A stretch of DNA of 64,000 nt from Lachnospiraceae bacterium (GTDB lineage: Bacteria; Bacillota; Clostridia; Lachnospirales; Lachnospiraceae). The translations under genes and the position numbers were made by a program. Shown here one piece after another: positions 49,881 to 59,072 of the stretch. Location: assembly GCA_031556725.1 (NCBI GenBank), contig JAVBSL010000016.1, forward strand, positions 6,364 to 70,363. The letters are read 5' to 3'. The notes under the pieces were generated by a model. It was not told where the DNA came from. It was given only the letters and a program-made list of their open reading frames with translations, and made no database searches. How positions within the stretch are numbered: position 1 is the stretch's first letter; every line of letters begins with the position of its first letter.

Positions 49881-50309
49881 TTATAATTCGGAAAGACCAT
49901 TGATTAAAAACAGTTCCATAGGTTCTTCATATTGCGGAATATTAATCAGTAATCCACCCGCATCTTGATATCCCATTTTCCTGTAAAAGTGCTGAGCATC
50001 TTCATCCACTTGTGTAGATGTCATGATCATTCCATATCCTAATCGCTTCATGTCTTTTTCCCAAAAATCCATAAGTATTTTTCCGTAACCCTTATGTTGA
50101 TATTCCCAATCCACGAAAAGCATTGTACAAAAAGGGGTATTATCCCAAAAAAGATTGTATCTGAGTAAACCAATCGGATCCTGATCTTCTAGTAATACAT
50201 ATCCCATTTTATCTCTGATTTTCTTTTCAAATTCAGCCTCTGGCAAATGACTGTCCAGTTTAAACCAAAAAAGTTTATCTTCCTTTTGAACATATCTGAC
50301 ACTTATCAT
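49881..50309 (-). CDS. GNAT family N-acetyltransferase
   Basis: The GNAT core (FVDWEYQHKGYGKILM...HFYRKMGY). The start was set at MISVRYV (ATG 50309) behind ggagg. The track ORF has a 49-aa upstream extension that overlaps the neighbouring gene. Confidence 0.75.
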   Translation of the reverse strand: MISVRYVQKEDKLFWFKLDSHLPEAEFEKKIRDKMGYVLLEDQDPIGLLRYNLFWDNTPFCTMLFVDWEYQHKGYGKILMDFWEKDMKRLGYGMIMTSTQVDEDAQHFYRKMGYQDAGGLLINIPQYEEPMELFLINGLSEL

Positions 50310-50371
50310 AACATCCTCCACCAGTTTCTCTATAAAGTTACCAGCCACTGTCCATTTGTTAATAAATCGCC

Positions 50372-51427
50372 CTAGACTAAAAAAGATGTCATATATACTG
50401 GTACATATCTGATATTTTCTTTCCTGTCTACATCCTTTTGTGAAATAATATAGCAATCATTTATGTGTTTAGAATATCGGTTTCTTAACTCTGTCAGTGA
50501 ATCATGTTTTCCAACTCCAGAAGATTTAACCTCTATAGCAGACACCTTTGCTCTCTGTGATATCAAAAAATCAATTTCATAATAATGTGTGCTTCCTTCC
50601 TTTTTCCATGTATGGTAATATAGCTCTCTTCCCGTTGCTGTTAACATTTGTGCAACGATATTTTCGTACAAATATCCTAAATTAGCCGGAAGTTTATCCG
50701 ATAAAAGTTTTGCATATATTTCATTTTCTGCAACAGGTCTATCTATAAACATTAATGTAATAAATAATCCTGTATCTGCGATATATAGTTTATAGCTATC
50801 AAGATCTTTCGTAAGCGATAAGCTTGCTCTCGGATCAGTTGAATTGTAACACGGTAAAACCGTTTTCGAATCAATCAAGTCATATATAAGATTATCATCC
50901 TTGGATGTTTTTCTTTTACCAAGTGCAGCAGATACTCGATATTTTTTTGTATCTTTAGACAATTGTGCCGGTATAGAATGATACATTGCCGATAATCTGC
51001 CAGACGGATCAATTTTTTTAAAATCCTCTTCATATAATTTAATAATCTGCCGTTTTACTTGATCAATCATCGAAAAATTATCACCGCCCACATATGCTTC
51101 AATTGCCTGCGGCATTCCGCCAACCGCCATATACACTCTTACATCACGCATAAGCTTTCGGTTTACTGACTGGCCAATTCCTTTTTTCATTTCAAATAAG
51201 TTTTGCAACATTGAATAGTTTTTATCTGTTGCATCACAAAATTCTTCATAATCCATTGGGTATACTTGAATTTTCATTTCTTCTGATGGAATCAATATAT
51301 CTTTTACATTCTTTTTTATTGAGATTAACGATCCCGTCTCGATATAATGATATCTTCCATCTTTTACTAAATGCTTAATCGCCTGCCTTTCTTTTAAAAT
51401 ACATATATTTCCTCCTATTTTCCATTC
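50372..51427 (-). pseudogene. 5'-truncated AAA-ATPase (DUF4143-type) gene remnant
   Basis: The open frame reads ...ILKERQAIKHLVKDGRYHYIETGSLISIKKNVKDILIPSEEMKIQVYPMDYEEF..., typical of the region after the ATPase core. There is no Walker A and no in-frame ATG with an RBS upstream. The frame is closed by TGA at 51430-51428. Confidence 0.6.
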
Positions 51428-51464
51428 TCATTTTCCATTTATGCATTTCTTCAAAATTACTATA

Positions 51465-52358
51465 TTATATTTTGTGCATTTCTTCAACATTTTGCCCTAA
51501 ATAATCATAAAACTTTTCATGCAAATCACGCATTTCTGCCGGTGCATTCATAGAATGCTGATACATAAATTGGTGTCCAAATTTACTTCGAAAAATAATT
51601 CTAAGAGCTTTGGTAAAAATCCAAGTCGGACATATCATAAATAAATTAAATTTAAAGGGAGAAAGCATCTTCTTTTCTGAAAGTATCTTAAAATTAGCTT
51701 TCATTCTTTTGGCTGTTTGTGCCATGATTTTTTTATCAAGATATACTCTCTCAGGATATTCACTCATATAATATGCATCTGCAATCGGCACCACCATTCC
51801 AAGGTGAGAAACTTGCCAATTATGCATACTTGATACGATTTGATATGGTATATGACTCTTTCGAAATACATACGCAAGTGTCTTTTGCCTTGTACTTTGC
51901 TTCCCACTTATTTCACCAAAAGTTGTAGGCTGAATAATCTTGGGGGTAAGAGCTGCATTTAGTATCCCATTTTCTATACTGCCGCCTGCTCCCGGAAATG
52001 CCGGTAAAATTCTTCCCTCGCCACAAATTTTTCCCCAATTACTATATATTTCTATTGTATTTACCATAGTCACAATATTCGGACTTTTGTTATTTTTCAG
52101 TTCTAAAAGGGCTTCCTCTACCTGCTCTTCCCTAACAGTTAAAAAGATGAAATCAAATTCAACGTTTGTTTGCAATACGTCAAGAATTTGAACATTTGCC
52201 TTTTTTACCTGATGCTTATTAATATATTGCAAACCATTCTCCTGCAAATATTTTAACCGTTTTCCTCTGGCATAAACCGAAACATCAAATCCTGCTTCTG
52301 AAAATAGTGATGCATATAAACTTCCGATAACACCTGCCCCATATATTAGAATTCGCAA
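51465..52358 (-). CDS. Ketopantoate reductase (ApbA/PanE) family oxidoreductase
   Basis: 297 aa with the Rossmann N-terminus MRILIYGAGVIGSLYASLF. Confidence 0.7.
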   Translation of the reverse strand: MRILIYGAGVIGSLYASLFSEAGFDVSVYARGKRLKYLQENGLQYINKHQVKKANVQILDVLQTNVEFDFIFLTVREEQVEEALLELKNNKSPNIVTMVNTIEIYSNWGKICGEGRILPAFPGAGGSIENGILNAALTPKIIQPTTFGEISGKQSTRQKTLAYVFRKSHIPYQIVSSMHNWQVSHLGMVVPIADAYYMSEYPERVYLDKKIMAQTAKRMKANFKILSEKKMLSPFKFNLFMICPTWIFTKALRIIFRSKFGHQFMYQHSMNAPAEMRDLHEKFYDYLGQNVEEMHKI

Positions 52359-52604
52359 ACTGTTTCCCTCACTTTTTCTTTCCCTGCTCTTCGCTCCTAA
52401 ATTCGTTGAAAATACTGCTCAGACAATGTTTTCACCTAATATTATTTTAGGCATTGTGGTCAAACATCGGTTCCATCGCTTGTAGAATTTTTCTATATCA
52501 AATTTTGATACCCTCTTTAACCGCATTAAAACCCTTTTGTTTATGGGTACGTTTTATATAGTGAACATCTATAACACCTTCTTGACTTATCTCGGTTCTA
52601 CAAA

Positions 52605-53153
52605 CTACAACTTCTTAATCATCACAAACTCATCGCTATAGGTACCATCATCATATTTCATGGCATTTACATGCTTTCCGGTTTCTATAAATCCATTTTT
52701 CTCATAAAGACTCCTGGCAGCCTTGTTTCCATCCACAACTTCAAGTTCTATCTGTTCATAACCGATCTTTCTTGCCAATTCGGATAAATATTCAATCATC
52801 GCCGTTCCAAGGCCCAGTCCCCAATATTCTTTCTTAAGAGCTATTGCCAAAGAACATCTATGCTGAATTTTTCTCTTATTTCCAAGTCCATTTATACTAC
52901 AGTTACCTGCTACTTTACCATCAACTAATCCCATCATCATTACGGAGTTTTCATCTTCCAGCAAACGATTCAAAATCTCTTTTTCGCCATCTACTGTATA
53001 TGTGACTTCATCCGGATATCGCAAGAGAAAAGGAGTCTCCGTAGATGTTGTCTTTAAATACGCAATCATATCCTCGGCATAATCTGTACTTGTTGGACAT
53101 AATATGCATTCTTTACTATTCTTTAAGGTTATTTTACGTTCTTCAAATCTCAT
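52605..53153 (-). CDS. GNAT family N-acetyltransferase
   Basis: 182 aa; ALKKEYWGLGLGTAMIEYL...LYEKNGF. Confidence 0.8.
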   Translation of the reverse strand: MRFEERKITLKNSKECILCPTSTDYAEDMIAYLKTTSTETPFLLRYPDEVTYTVDGEKEILNRLLEDENSVMMMGLVDGKVAGNCSINGLGNKRKIQHRCSLAIALKKEYWGLGLGTAMIEYLSELARKIGYEQIELEVVDGNKAARSLYEKNGFIETGKHVNAMKYDDGTYSDEFVMIKKL

Positions 53154-53166
53154 ATAAATCTCCCTG

Positions 53167-53646
53167 TCAATTTAATTTTAATTCCATATACAACTCTGCA
53201 CTTTTATTATCATTATAAACAGGTATTTCAGCAAATCCATGCTTATGATATAAGTGCACCGCCATACGGAGTTCTTTTCTGGAATCGAGGCGCATTTTAT
53301 CAAACCCATTTTCTCGTGAATAAGAAATTGCGGTTTCAAGCAATAAATGCCCATAGCCCTTACCTTGGTATTCTTTTAGCATAAACATTCGCTTCAATTC
53401 TGCAACTTTTTCTTCTTTATCCTCTACACTGATATTTCTAACGGCAACCGTCCCTATCAATAAATCACCCTCGTAAAGACACCACATACAGCCCTTTGCC
53501 ATGTACTCTTTTTGAATATTTACGGTATCTGAATGTCTGTCATTTGGTTCATAGCCCCAACCTAAATCAGTGAAACATTTATAATAGAATTCTTCAATAT
53601 CCTGTTGCATTTCATTATTATATATTCTTAATTCAGCCATTTTCAT
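53167..53646 (-). CDS. GNAT family N-acetyltransferase
   Basis: 159 aa; MLKEYQGKGYGHLLLETAI...LYHKHGF. Confidence 0.8.
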   Translation of the reverse strand: MKMAELRIYNNEMQQDIEEFYYKCFTDLGWGYEPNDRHSDTVNIQKEYMAKGCMWCLYEGDLLIGTVAVRNISVEDKEEKVAELKRMFMLKEYQGKGYGHLLLETAISYSRENGFDKMRLDSRKELRMAVHLYHKHGFAEIPVYNDNKSAELYMELKLN

Positions 53647-53655
53647 GATTCCTTA

Positions 53656-54192
53656 TCAATATAATTCAGCAGTATAAATCTCTTCCACCGGAAATGTTAT
53701 CTTTACCAATCCTACAGAAACAAACTCTCCGCTGAGTTTTTTAAATTCATGTAATATCAAATCACTTGCCTTATAAAAAACACTATCGTCGTCTTCTCCG
53801 GTCAGGGCTATTGTACAATGTGGAACCCAACCATTTGGACAATACCATTCCCAACCGGTTTTATCAAAATCACTTAAATATTCATGTAATTCTTGATGAA
53901 ATCGGTACATACTGCTATTCATTATCGGTGATACATAAATCGTCTTTGTATCATTAAACATTCCTACTGAACCAATGTATGCCGGCATTCGCTTATGGTC
54001 TTGGGCAAAATTTTTTAATTGTTCTATACATTTTTCTTCCTCCACATCATTAAAGCAAGCTAATGTAAGATGTGGGCGTATTTTCCATTCTAAATACTTC
54101 GTACTTAATTTTTCATCTGCTATTCTTTTAGCTAAATTAAAAAGTTTCTGTTCTGTTTCTTTATCATAATATAATTCAATTGCATATTGCAT
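53656..54192 (-). CDS. 2H phosphoesterase superfamily protein (LigT / 2'-5' RNA ligase-like)
   Basis: Two HxT/S motifs (RPHLTLACF and VPHCTIAL). The start was set at MQYAIELYY (ATG 54192) behind ggagg. Confidence 0.7.
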   Translation of the reverse strand: MQYAIELYYDKETEQKLFNLAKRIADEKLSTKYLEWKIRPHLTLACFNDVEEEKCIEQLKNFAQDHKRMPAYIGSVGMFNDTKTIYVSPIMNSSMYRFHQELHEYLSDFDKTGWEWYCPNGWVPHCTIALTGEDDDSVFYKASDLILHEFKKLSGEFVSVGLVKITFPVEEIYTAELY

Positions 54193-54277
54193 ATCATTCT
54201 CCTCCATAAATTCTTTAGGTTAGAATTTATCTTTCTTAGTTTTCTAAAAATTTGAATTTGATAACTACACATTATGC

Positions 54278-54862
54278 TTATAATGCGCATATTTTATCAA
54301 GTTGAAATGGAAGTTCAGACAAGCAAAGTTTGTAATAATTATCGACAGCTCTTGCTCGTCTTTTATCGGCGTGATGTTCGTCGTATATGGCGATAATTTT
54401 TTTCATCCATGTTACTTCACTTGGCGCTGCCACAGACAAAAATCTTAAAACGACTAAAGATGAGTCAAAACATTCTCCTAAATAGCAACCATGATAACCA
54501 AAGCAAGTGGCTTTAAGACGATTAAGAGTTCGTTTTGTCATTTCGACTACATCAGGGTTACTTGGTGCAAATAGGTTTAATAACCGCAGTATTTCCAACT
54601 CATACATATTGCCATTTAGTATATGAGTTTTAGGCAGTTGCCCCATAATTGTTTTAAGTTTCTTACCATCATTTTGTGGTGCAGAGAAGAATAAAGGATG
54701 TCGTGCTTTGGCAATAGGCTTTTCATCATAGCTTTCATGATCCTTGGGAGTGTTGGCTATCAAAAGAAATTGACTGACTATGTAAGTTTTCTCCTTATCA
54801 GAAAATACCTCACCTGCTAATATTCGCCTATTTGTTTCGAGTAACAGTTCATATTCAATCAT
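54278..54862 (-). CDS. Hypothetical protein, no family recognised
   Basis: A 194-aa ORF in the same orientation and spacing as its neighbours. It contains CFGYHGCYLGECF. Confidence 0.5.
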   Translation of the reverse strand: MIEYELLLETNRRILAGEVFSDKEKTYIVSQFLLIANTPKDHESYDEKPIAKARHPLFFSAPQNDGKKLKTIMGQLPKTHILNGNMYELEILRLLNLFAPSNPDVVEMTKRTLNRLKATCFGYHGCYLGECFDSSLVVLRFLSVAAPSEVTWMKKIIAIYDEHHADKRRARAVDNYYKLCLSELPFQLDKICAL

Positions 54863-55079
54863 AAAATCATCTCCTATATATTTACTTTAAATCAATAAAT
54901 AAGACAGCAGTACGTCATATTACAAAATATAAATTATCTACATCCAGTCCGCCCCGTCAACTTCTGATTCGTCGAAACTTGTGTCACTGGTGGTGACGCA
55001 AATAATATTTTCTCTTTTTAGCTTAAATCGCTCATTTTTTTCAATTTAATCACTTATTAATTTCACATGCTTATACTGT

Positions 55080-55544
55080 CTACAATTCCTCAAACGATTC
55101 ATCAATGTATGTGCATAGTTCCCATGTTGTGAATGTTCCCTCGTCAATCATACGATTAATTTCATCACGGCTTACCCACTTTGCATTGCAGGTTTCATCA
55201 GGAGCAAGAATTATAGTTGCTATGTTTACATTTTGCCGAAACAACCAAACATCAACCAAACCGTGACATTCCTCGTTGCAGCACCGTAAGTGATGTTGAA
55301 TCATTCGTCCGTTCTGCGGCTCAAGAATTATGCCTAATTCTTCTTTCGCCTCCTTCAATGCCGTAGTTAAGCTATCATCTCCAGCAATCACATTTCCGCC
55401 CGTGCATTCCCATATATTGGGGAACATCTTGTTAGGCGATCTTTGCGATATAAGGTATTCGCCTTTGTTCATGGGCTTGCCACGCTCGTGAACACGTCCT
55501 GTAACATTACCGTTTTTATCTAATATATCCCAAAGTTCAATCAA
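55080..55544 (-). CDS. NUDIX hydrolase
   Basis: A Nudix box variant (GNVIAGDDSLTTALKEAKEELGI). Confidence 0.7.
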   Translation of the reverse strand: MIELWDILDKNGNVTGRVHERGKPMNKGEYLISQRSPNKMFPNIWECTGGNVIAGDDSLTTALKEAKEELGIILEPQNGRMIQHHLRCCNEECHGLVDVWLFRQNVNIATIILAPDETCNAKWVSRDEINRMIDEGTFTTWELCTYIDESFEEL

Positions 55545-56166
55545 GCTTATTCCTCTTTTTTCCCCACCTGTATAATAATTTATCTGCTACAAAAACAATA
55601 TATCCTATCGCAAGAAAAGCAGCTGTAAGTCCCAAAACGCTCAGCATTACTGTTCCCCATCCAAGGACGTCTGAATCTATAAAGAAGTATGGATAATGAC
55701 TTCCGTCATAGAATGTCATACCTAGCTTCGCTGCAATGACAGTAAATATGTAATAGCACAGTGGTATAATCAGCCATTTGAAGGGATCAAGTCTGTTTAA
55801 TCGCCCTTTTGGGTCAAACACAACCCAATCCAATATCGAAAGTACCGGAACAAAAAGATGTACAATCAGGTTGGCCAATGGAGAAGTACCTTCTGCCATT
55901 TCAAATCCGGCACCTACCAGGATAAACCAGTAAATCAATAGAGTAACCGTGATAGCCATAATTACAGCTCCCTTTGCGTGGATAGCCCATGTGCTTTCAC
56001 CACGTACCCCGTCTTTTTTGATTGCCTGAACAACTGCAATACCGGCGGCAAGAAAATAAAGTAAACAAAAGAGATTGCTTAATATCGTATAATACAAAAA
56101 CATCGCGGGCGCAAAACTCCCGTTTGGTAATCCGGAATTAAGGTAAAGGCCAATTGCCGTTACCAT
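55537..56166 (-). CDS. Polytopic membrane protein (Pr6Pr/FAR-17a-AIG1-like by recollection)
   Basis: 209 aa with about 6 TM helices. The family assignment is tentative. Confidence 0.5.
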   Translation of the reverse strand: MVTAIGLYLNSGLPNGSFAPAMFLYYTILSNLFCLLYFLAAGIAVVQAIKKDGVRGESTWAIHAKGAVIMAITVTLLIYWFILVGAGFEMAEGTSPLANLIVHLFVPVLSILDWVVFDPKGRLNRLDPFKWLIIPLCYYIFTVIAAKLGMTFYDGSHYPYFFIDSDVLGWGTVMLSVLGLTAAFLAIGYIVFVADKLLYRWGKKRNKLD

Positions 56167-56181
56167 GATTATAACGTGCGC

Positions 56182-56844
56182 CTAAAGCACAAACATTAAA
56201 AACAAAACAATCCATGACTTTCTGATATCCCTATTGACAAGCAAGTAAGCTGCACCAAACATAAACCCTGATATGGCTGATAGTATACCGTTGGCCGGGT
56301 CAAAGAAACCACGACTGAGGATATGTGCTATACCCCAAGTCAAGCCGCAAACAATTCCGCCCCACGGTAAATTTGTTTTTTTTGTCCAACTTTCAAATGC
56401 TTTTTGACCAAAAACTATTATTAGTAAAAACATTACCGTTTCAACCATATAGTAGATATATTGAAACACAAACCGCAGCGGTCCGTTTGCATTGAACTCA
56501 CTAATTACTTTGAAATTCATGCCCCAGGCTATATAGCTTATCACCAATGAAAGTACAACTGCAAAAATTACGGTACCATATTGCCAAAGCTTCATCTTTT
56601 CGCCTTTTGCAAATATATCAAAGCCCGTTTTCTTTTTTGCGATTCGCACAAGCAAAACAGCCGTGAAACTCCACAATATGCAGGTTACAATCCAATGCAA
56701 AATTAATTGCCAGTGTGGTCCCTGAAAACTTGCAATTTCCCCAAAGGCAAGATAGCCAAGCCCAATTACTAAAAATTCCAACCCAAGCCCTAAAAATGCA
56801 CCCAACGCAAACAGTAAATACTTCCATCCCAAACTTTTCATCAA
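56182..56844 (-). CDS. Polytopic membrane protein (possibly CPBP/Abi-like)
   Basis: 220 aa with about 6 TM helices. WGIAHIL and a conserved-looking Glu in YYMVETVMF. Weak assignment. Confidence 0.45.
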   Translation of the reverse strand: MMKSLGWKYLLFALGAFLGLGLEFLVIGLGYLAFGEIASFQGPHWQLILHWIVTCILWSFTAVLLVRIAKKKTGFDIFAKGEKMKLWQYGTVIFAVVLSLVISYIAWGMNFKVISEFNANGPLRFVFQYIYYMVETVMFLLIIVFGQKAFESWTKKTNLPWGGIVCGLTWGIAHILSRGFFDPANGILSAISGFMFGAAYLLVNRDIRKSWIVLFLMFVL

Positions 56845-56886
56845 ACTGCCTCCTCCATTTTTACAAAGTAATCTTTTTTGCTTAAT

Positions 56887-57369
56887 TTATAGTTGCTTTT
56901 TCATATATCCACAGGTAAAAGGAAAAAAATCAAACTTTTTTGTTCCGATGTGCTCTGCCCCATGCCGCTCATACCACTTGCGCAATTTAACATTCTCTTC
57001 AACAATATCAATATTCATTTGGATACAACCTTGTGCTCTGCCTTGTTCGCAAGCATGTTCAAGAAGTTTTTCACCTATCTTTTTATGTCTGAATTCTTCC
57101 AAAACACATAAATTACTCAGTTCGCACTCATTTTCATTTTTTATTAGTAGAGAATAATAGCCAACAATTTTATGGTTTTCTATGTAAGCAAACATTAGTC
57201 TTTTTTCTTCTTCTAAATGCCACATGAGGCGTTCTTCAGTTGTGGCAAATGCTGTAAATCGCGGTGCATTATCTATAGTGAAATTAAAATCATTTGCCAC
57301 TGTCATAAAACTTTTACTAATTACTTCCACACACTCTTTTATATTATCTTTTTCAATCTGCTTAATCAT
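56887..57369 (-). CDS. GNAT family N-acetyltransferase
   Basis: 160 aa; VLEEFRHKKIGEKLLEHA...WYERHGA. Confidence 0.8.
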   Translation of the reverse strand: MIKQIEKDNIKECVEVISKSFMTVANDFNFTIDNAPRFTAFATTEERLMWHLEEEKRLMFAYIENHKIVGYYSLLIKNENECELSNLCVLEEFRHKKIGEKLLEHACEQGRAQGCIQMNIDIVEENVKLRKWYERHGAEHIGTKKFDFFPFTCGYMKKQL

Positions 57370-57410
57370 ATGTTCTACCTCACGAATTGGAATTTACCCT
57401 CCGCTATCGC

Positions 57411-57872
57411 TTAATTCACCAAAAAATAGTCCTTTATTTCATCAAGCAAAAAGTCTTCAATCACTTCAATCTCGCTTATATAGCTACCTGCTTTTATAAC
57501 ATCCCTGCATTTAATAAACGACCAGTTTTCCTGTCTCCCCTTAAAGTCGGGGTTATTGGCATATACTATGCCTTCAAAACCTGTCCAGATTATCGCTGAT
57601 GCACATAACGGACATGGTTCAAATGTAGAATATAACCAGTATCCCGGCAGTTTATCTGTTTTTAGTTGCTTACATGCATTTCTAATAGCATTTATTTCCG
57701 CATGTGCAGTCGGATCGTGGTCCTTCCAGATTGTTGTTTCACCTTTAGCGACTATATTACCTTGCGGATTGATAACTGCCGCAACTATTCCTTTGTCATC
57801 CCATGCATCTTTAATCAATTCCCTCATAATTCTTTCACTTGGATGTTTTATATTTTCTATCATTATAATCAT
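57411..57872 (-). CDS. Nucleoside/nucleotide deaminase, CDA zinc-binding family
   Basis: HAEINAI and PCPLCASAI zinc-ligand motifs. Confidence 0.8.
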   Translation of the reverse strand: MIIMIENIKHPSERIMRELIKDAWDDKGIVAAVINPQGNIVAKGETTIWKDHDPTAHAEINAIRNACKQLKTDKLPGYWLYSTFEPCPLCASAIIWTGFEGIVYANNPDFKGRQENWSFIKCRDVIKAGSYISEIEVIEDFLLDEIKDYFLVN

Positions 57873-58007
57873 CTCCTATCCATTCTGATTTTCTATTTAG
57901 AAGCAAATTGCTATAATTCAACTACTTTGTTCCCCGCCTTATGAAATGAGTGAAAACAACTACTGCTTTCACTCATCTCTTATGCCTTATTTTCTTACAT
58001 AACACTC

Positions 58008-58543
58008 TTACTTCGCAGTTTTGCAATCTATGCTTTTTCCTTTACGAAGTTTTTTGCATATCTGTTCAATTAACTTCTGAGCCGCACCCTGCTCAATTCC
58101 AATCTCTAAAATATTCATCCTCACAGCCTCCCATTCTTCTGACTGTTTCACTTCACTAACTATCTCATTCAATTTTTCTATCCGCTTATCCTTCACCAGT
58201 ATCTCAGGGTTATCCAGACTTGTCTTTTTCATGTACTGCAGCAAACTCACCAGTTCCGGCTTTCCTTCTTTACTCGTCATATTTAGAAATATATTGAACT
58301 GGCGATTCTTGTTATCCATCGCCCAAGCATCCAGACGAATCGCCCGCTTTCCACTCTTGTTTAGGACCACCTGCTCTACTTCCACCTCTTCCAGCAAAAG
58401 ATCCTCCTCATCCATTATGATACTGAGAACATTTTCGTATGCCGTCTTTTGGCGCATCACCGACAAAACAAAGCAAAATCACTTAAATTGAGCTCGTAGT
58501 TTTCAGACAGCAGTGGGTATCCTGTTACTTTTTCTTCTTCCAT
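58008..58543 (-). pseudogene. Disrupted Rpn-family / PD-(D/E)XK 'putative transposase' gene
   Basis: From ATG 58543: MEEEKVTGYPLLSENYELNLSDFALFCR, then a stop. The track ORF 58008-58466 continues in another frame (VMRQKTAYENVLSI...RAIRLDAWAMDNKNRQFNIF...). The nuclease core between FNI and the C-terminal helical region appears to be deleted. Confidence 0.65.
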
Positions 58544-58857
58544 ATGTTTCTTCCTTTCTGCTTATTGGCAGAAAGTTTCTCATCTATGTCTCTCTGCCTG
58601 TTTATTAGGGATTTCAGCAAAGAGTTCAGATCTTGAGATAGCCCAATACGGCTAAAGAAATATAGATAAAAAAGTTTAGAATTCATTGCTTATCCGTATC
58701 GTAACATATGGATATTAAAAAGTAAATCTATTTCGTGCGAGCGCCATACCTGCTGTTTCACTGCCTGATGTATGAATGGTTGTGAAGGTTTTAACCCTCA
58801 CTCGCTTTTTAAAGTTTTTTCGCAAAGTGCAAGTTGAGATACCGGCCCGCAGGGCCG

Positions 58858-59056
58858 TTAGATTAAGGCAAGAGCCAGCAACGAGAAAAAGCAATTTATT
58901 CCGTAAAAATCCCTTTTTACCATGGAGATGAGACTTAAATTCGTGGAGCCCGCTCGTGCGAACACGAATTTTGCTTAAGGCTCATCGAAATGCTTGGTAA
59001 AACAGGATTTGAACGGAACAAATTGCTTTTCTCATTGTCGGCTCTGCCTAATCTAA
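58858..59056 (-). repeat. Long hairpin element B (199 nt), homologous to element A
   Basis: The arms are ttagattaaggcaagagccagcaacgagaaaaagcaatttattccg / cggaacaaattgcttttctcattgtcggctctgcctaatctaa. The core 58938-58980 is almost identical to 41872-41913. It starts 17 nt after the stop of the isomerase-like gene. Confidence 0.85.
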
Positions 59057-59072
59057 CCCCCGCCGCCCCGAT

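Noticed and set aside
49881-50456. The 191-aa version of the first GNAT ORF, overlapping the truncated ATPase gene.
   Set aside because: The first 49 residues have no GNAT similarity and overlap the neighbouring frame. An ATG at 50309 with a GGAGG RBS gives a standard GNAT of about 142 aa.
37399-59056. Considered whether the long hairpins are retron msr/msd, CRISPR-like, or IS/MITE terminal structures.
   Set aside because: There is no reverse transcriptase, cas gene or transposase nearby. There is no repeat-spacer periodicity, and I could see no obvious target-site duplications. The MITE idea is not fully excluded and is listed as a refutation test.
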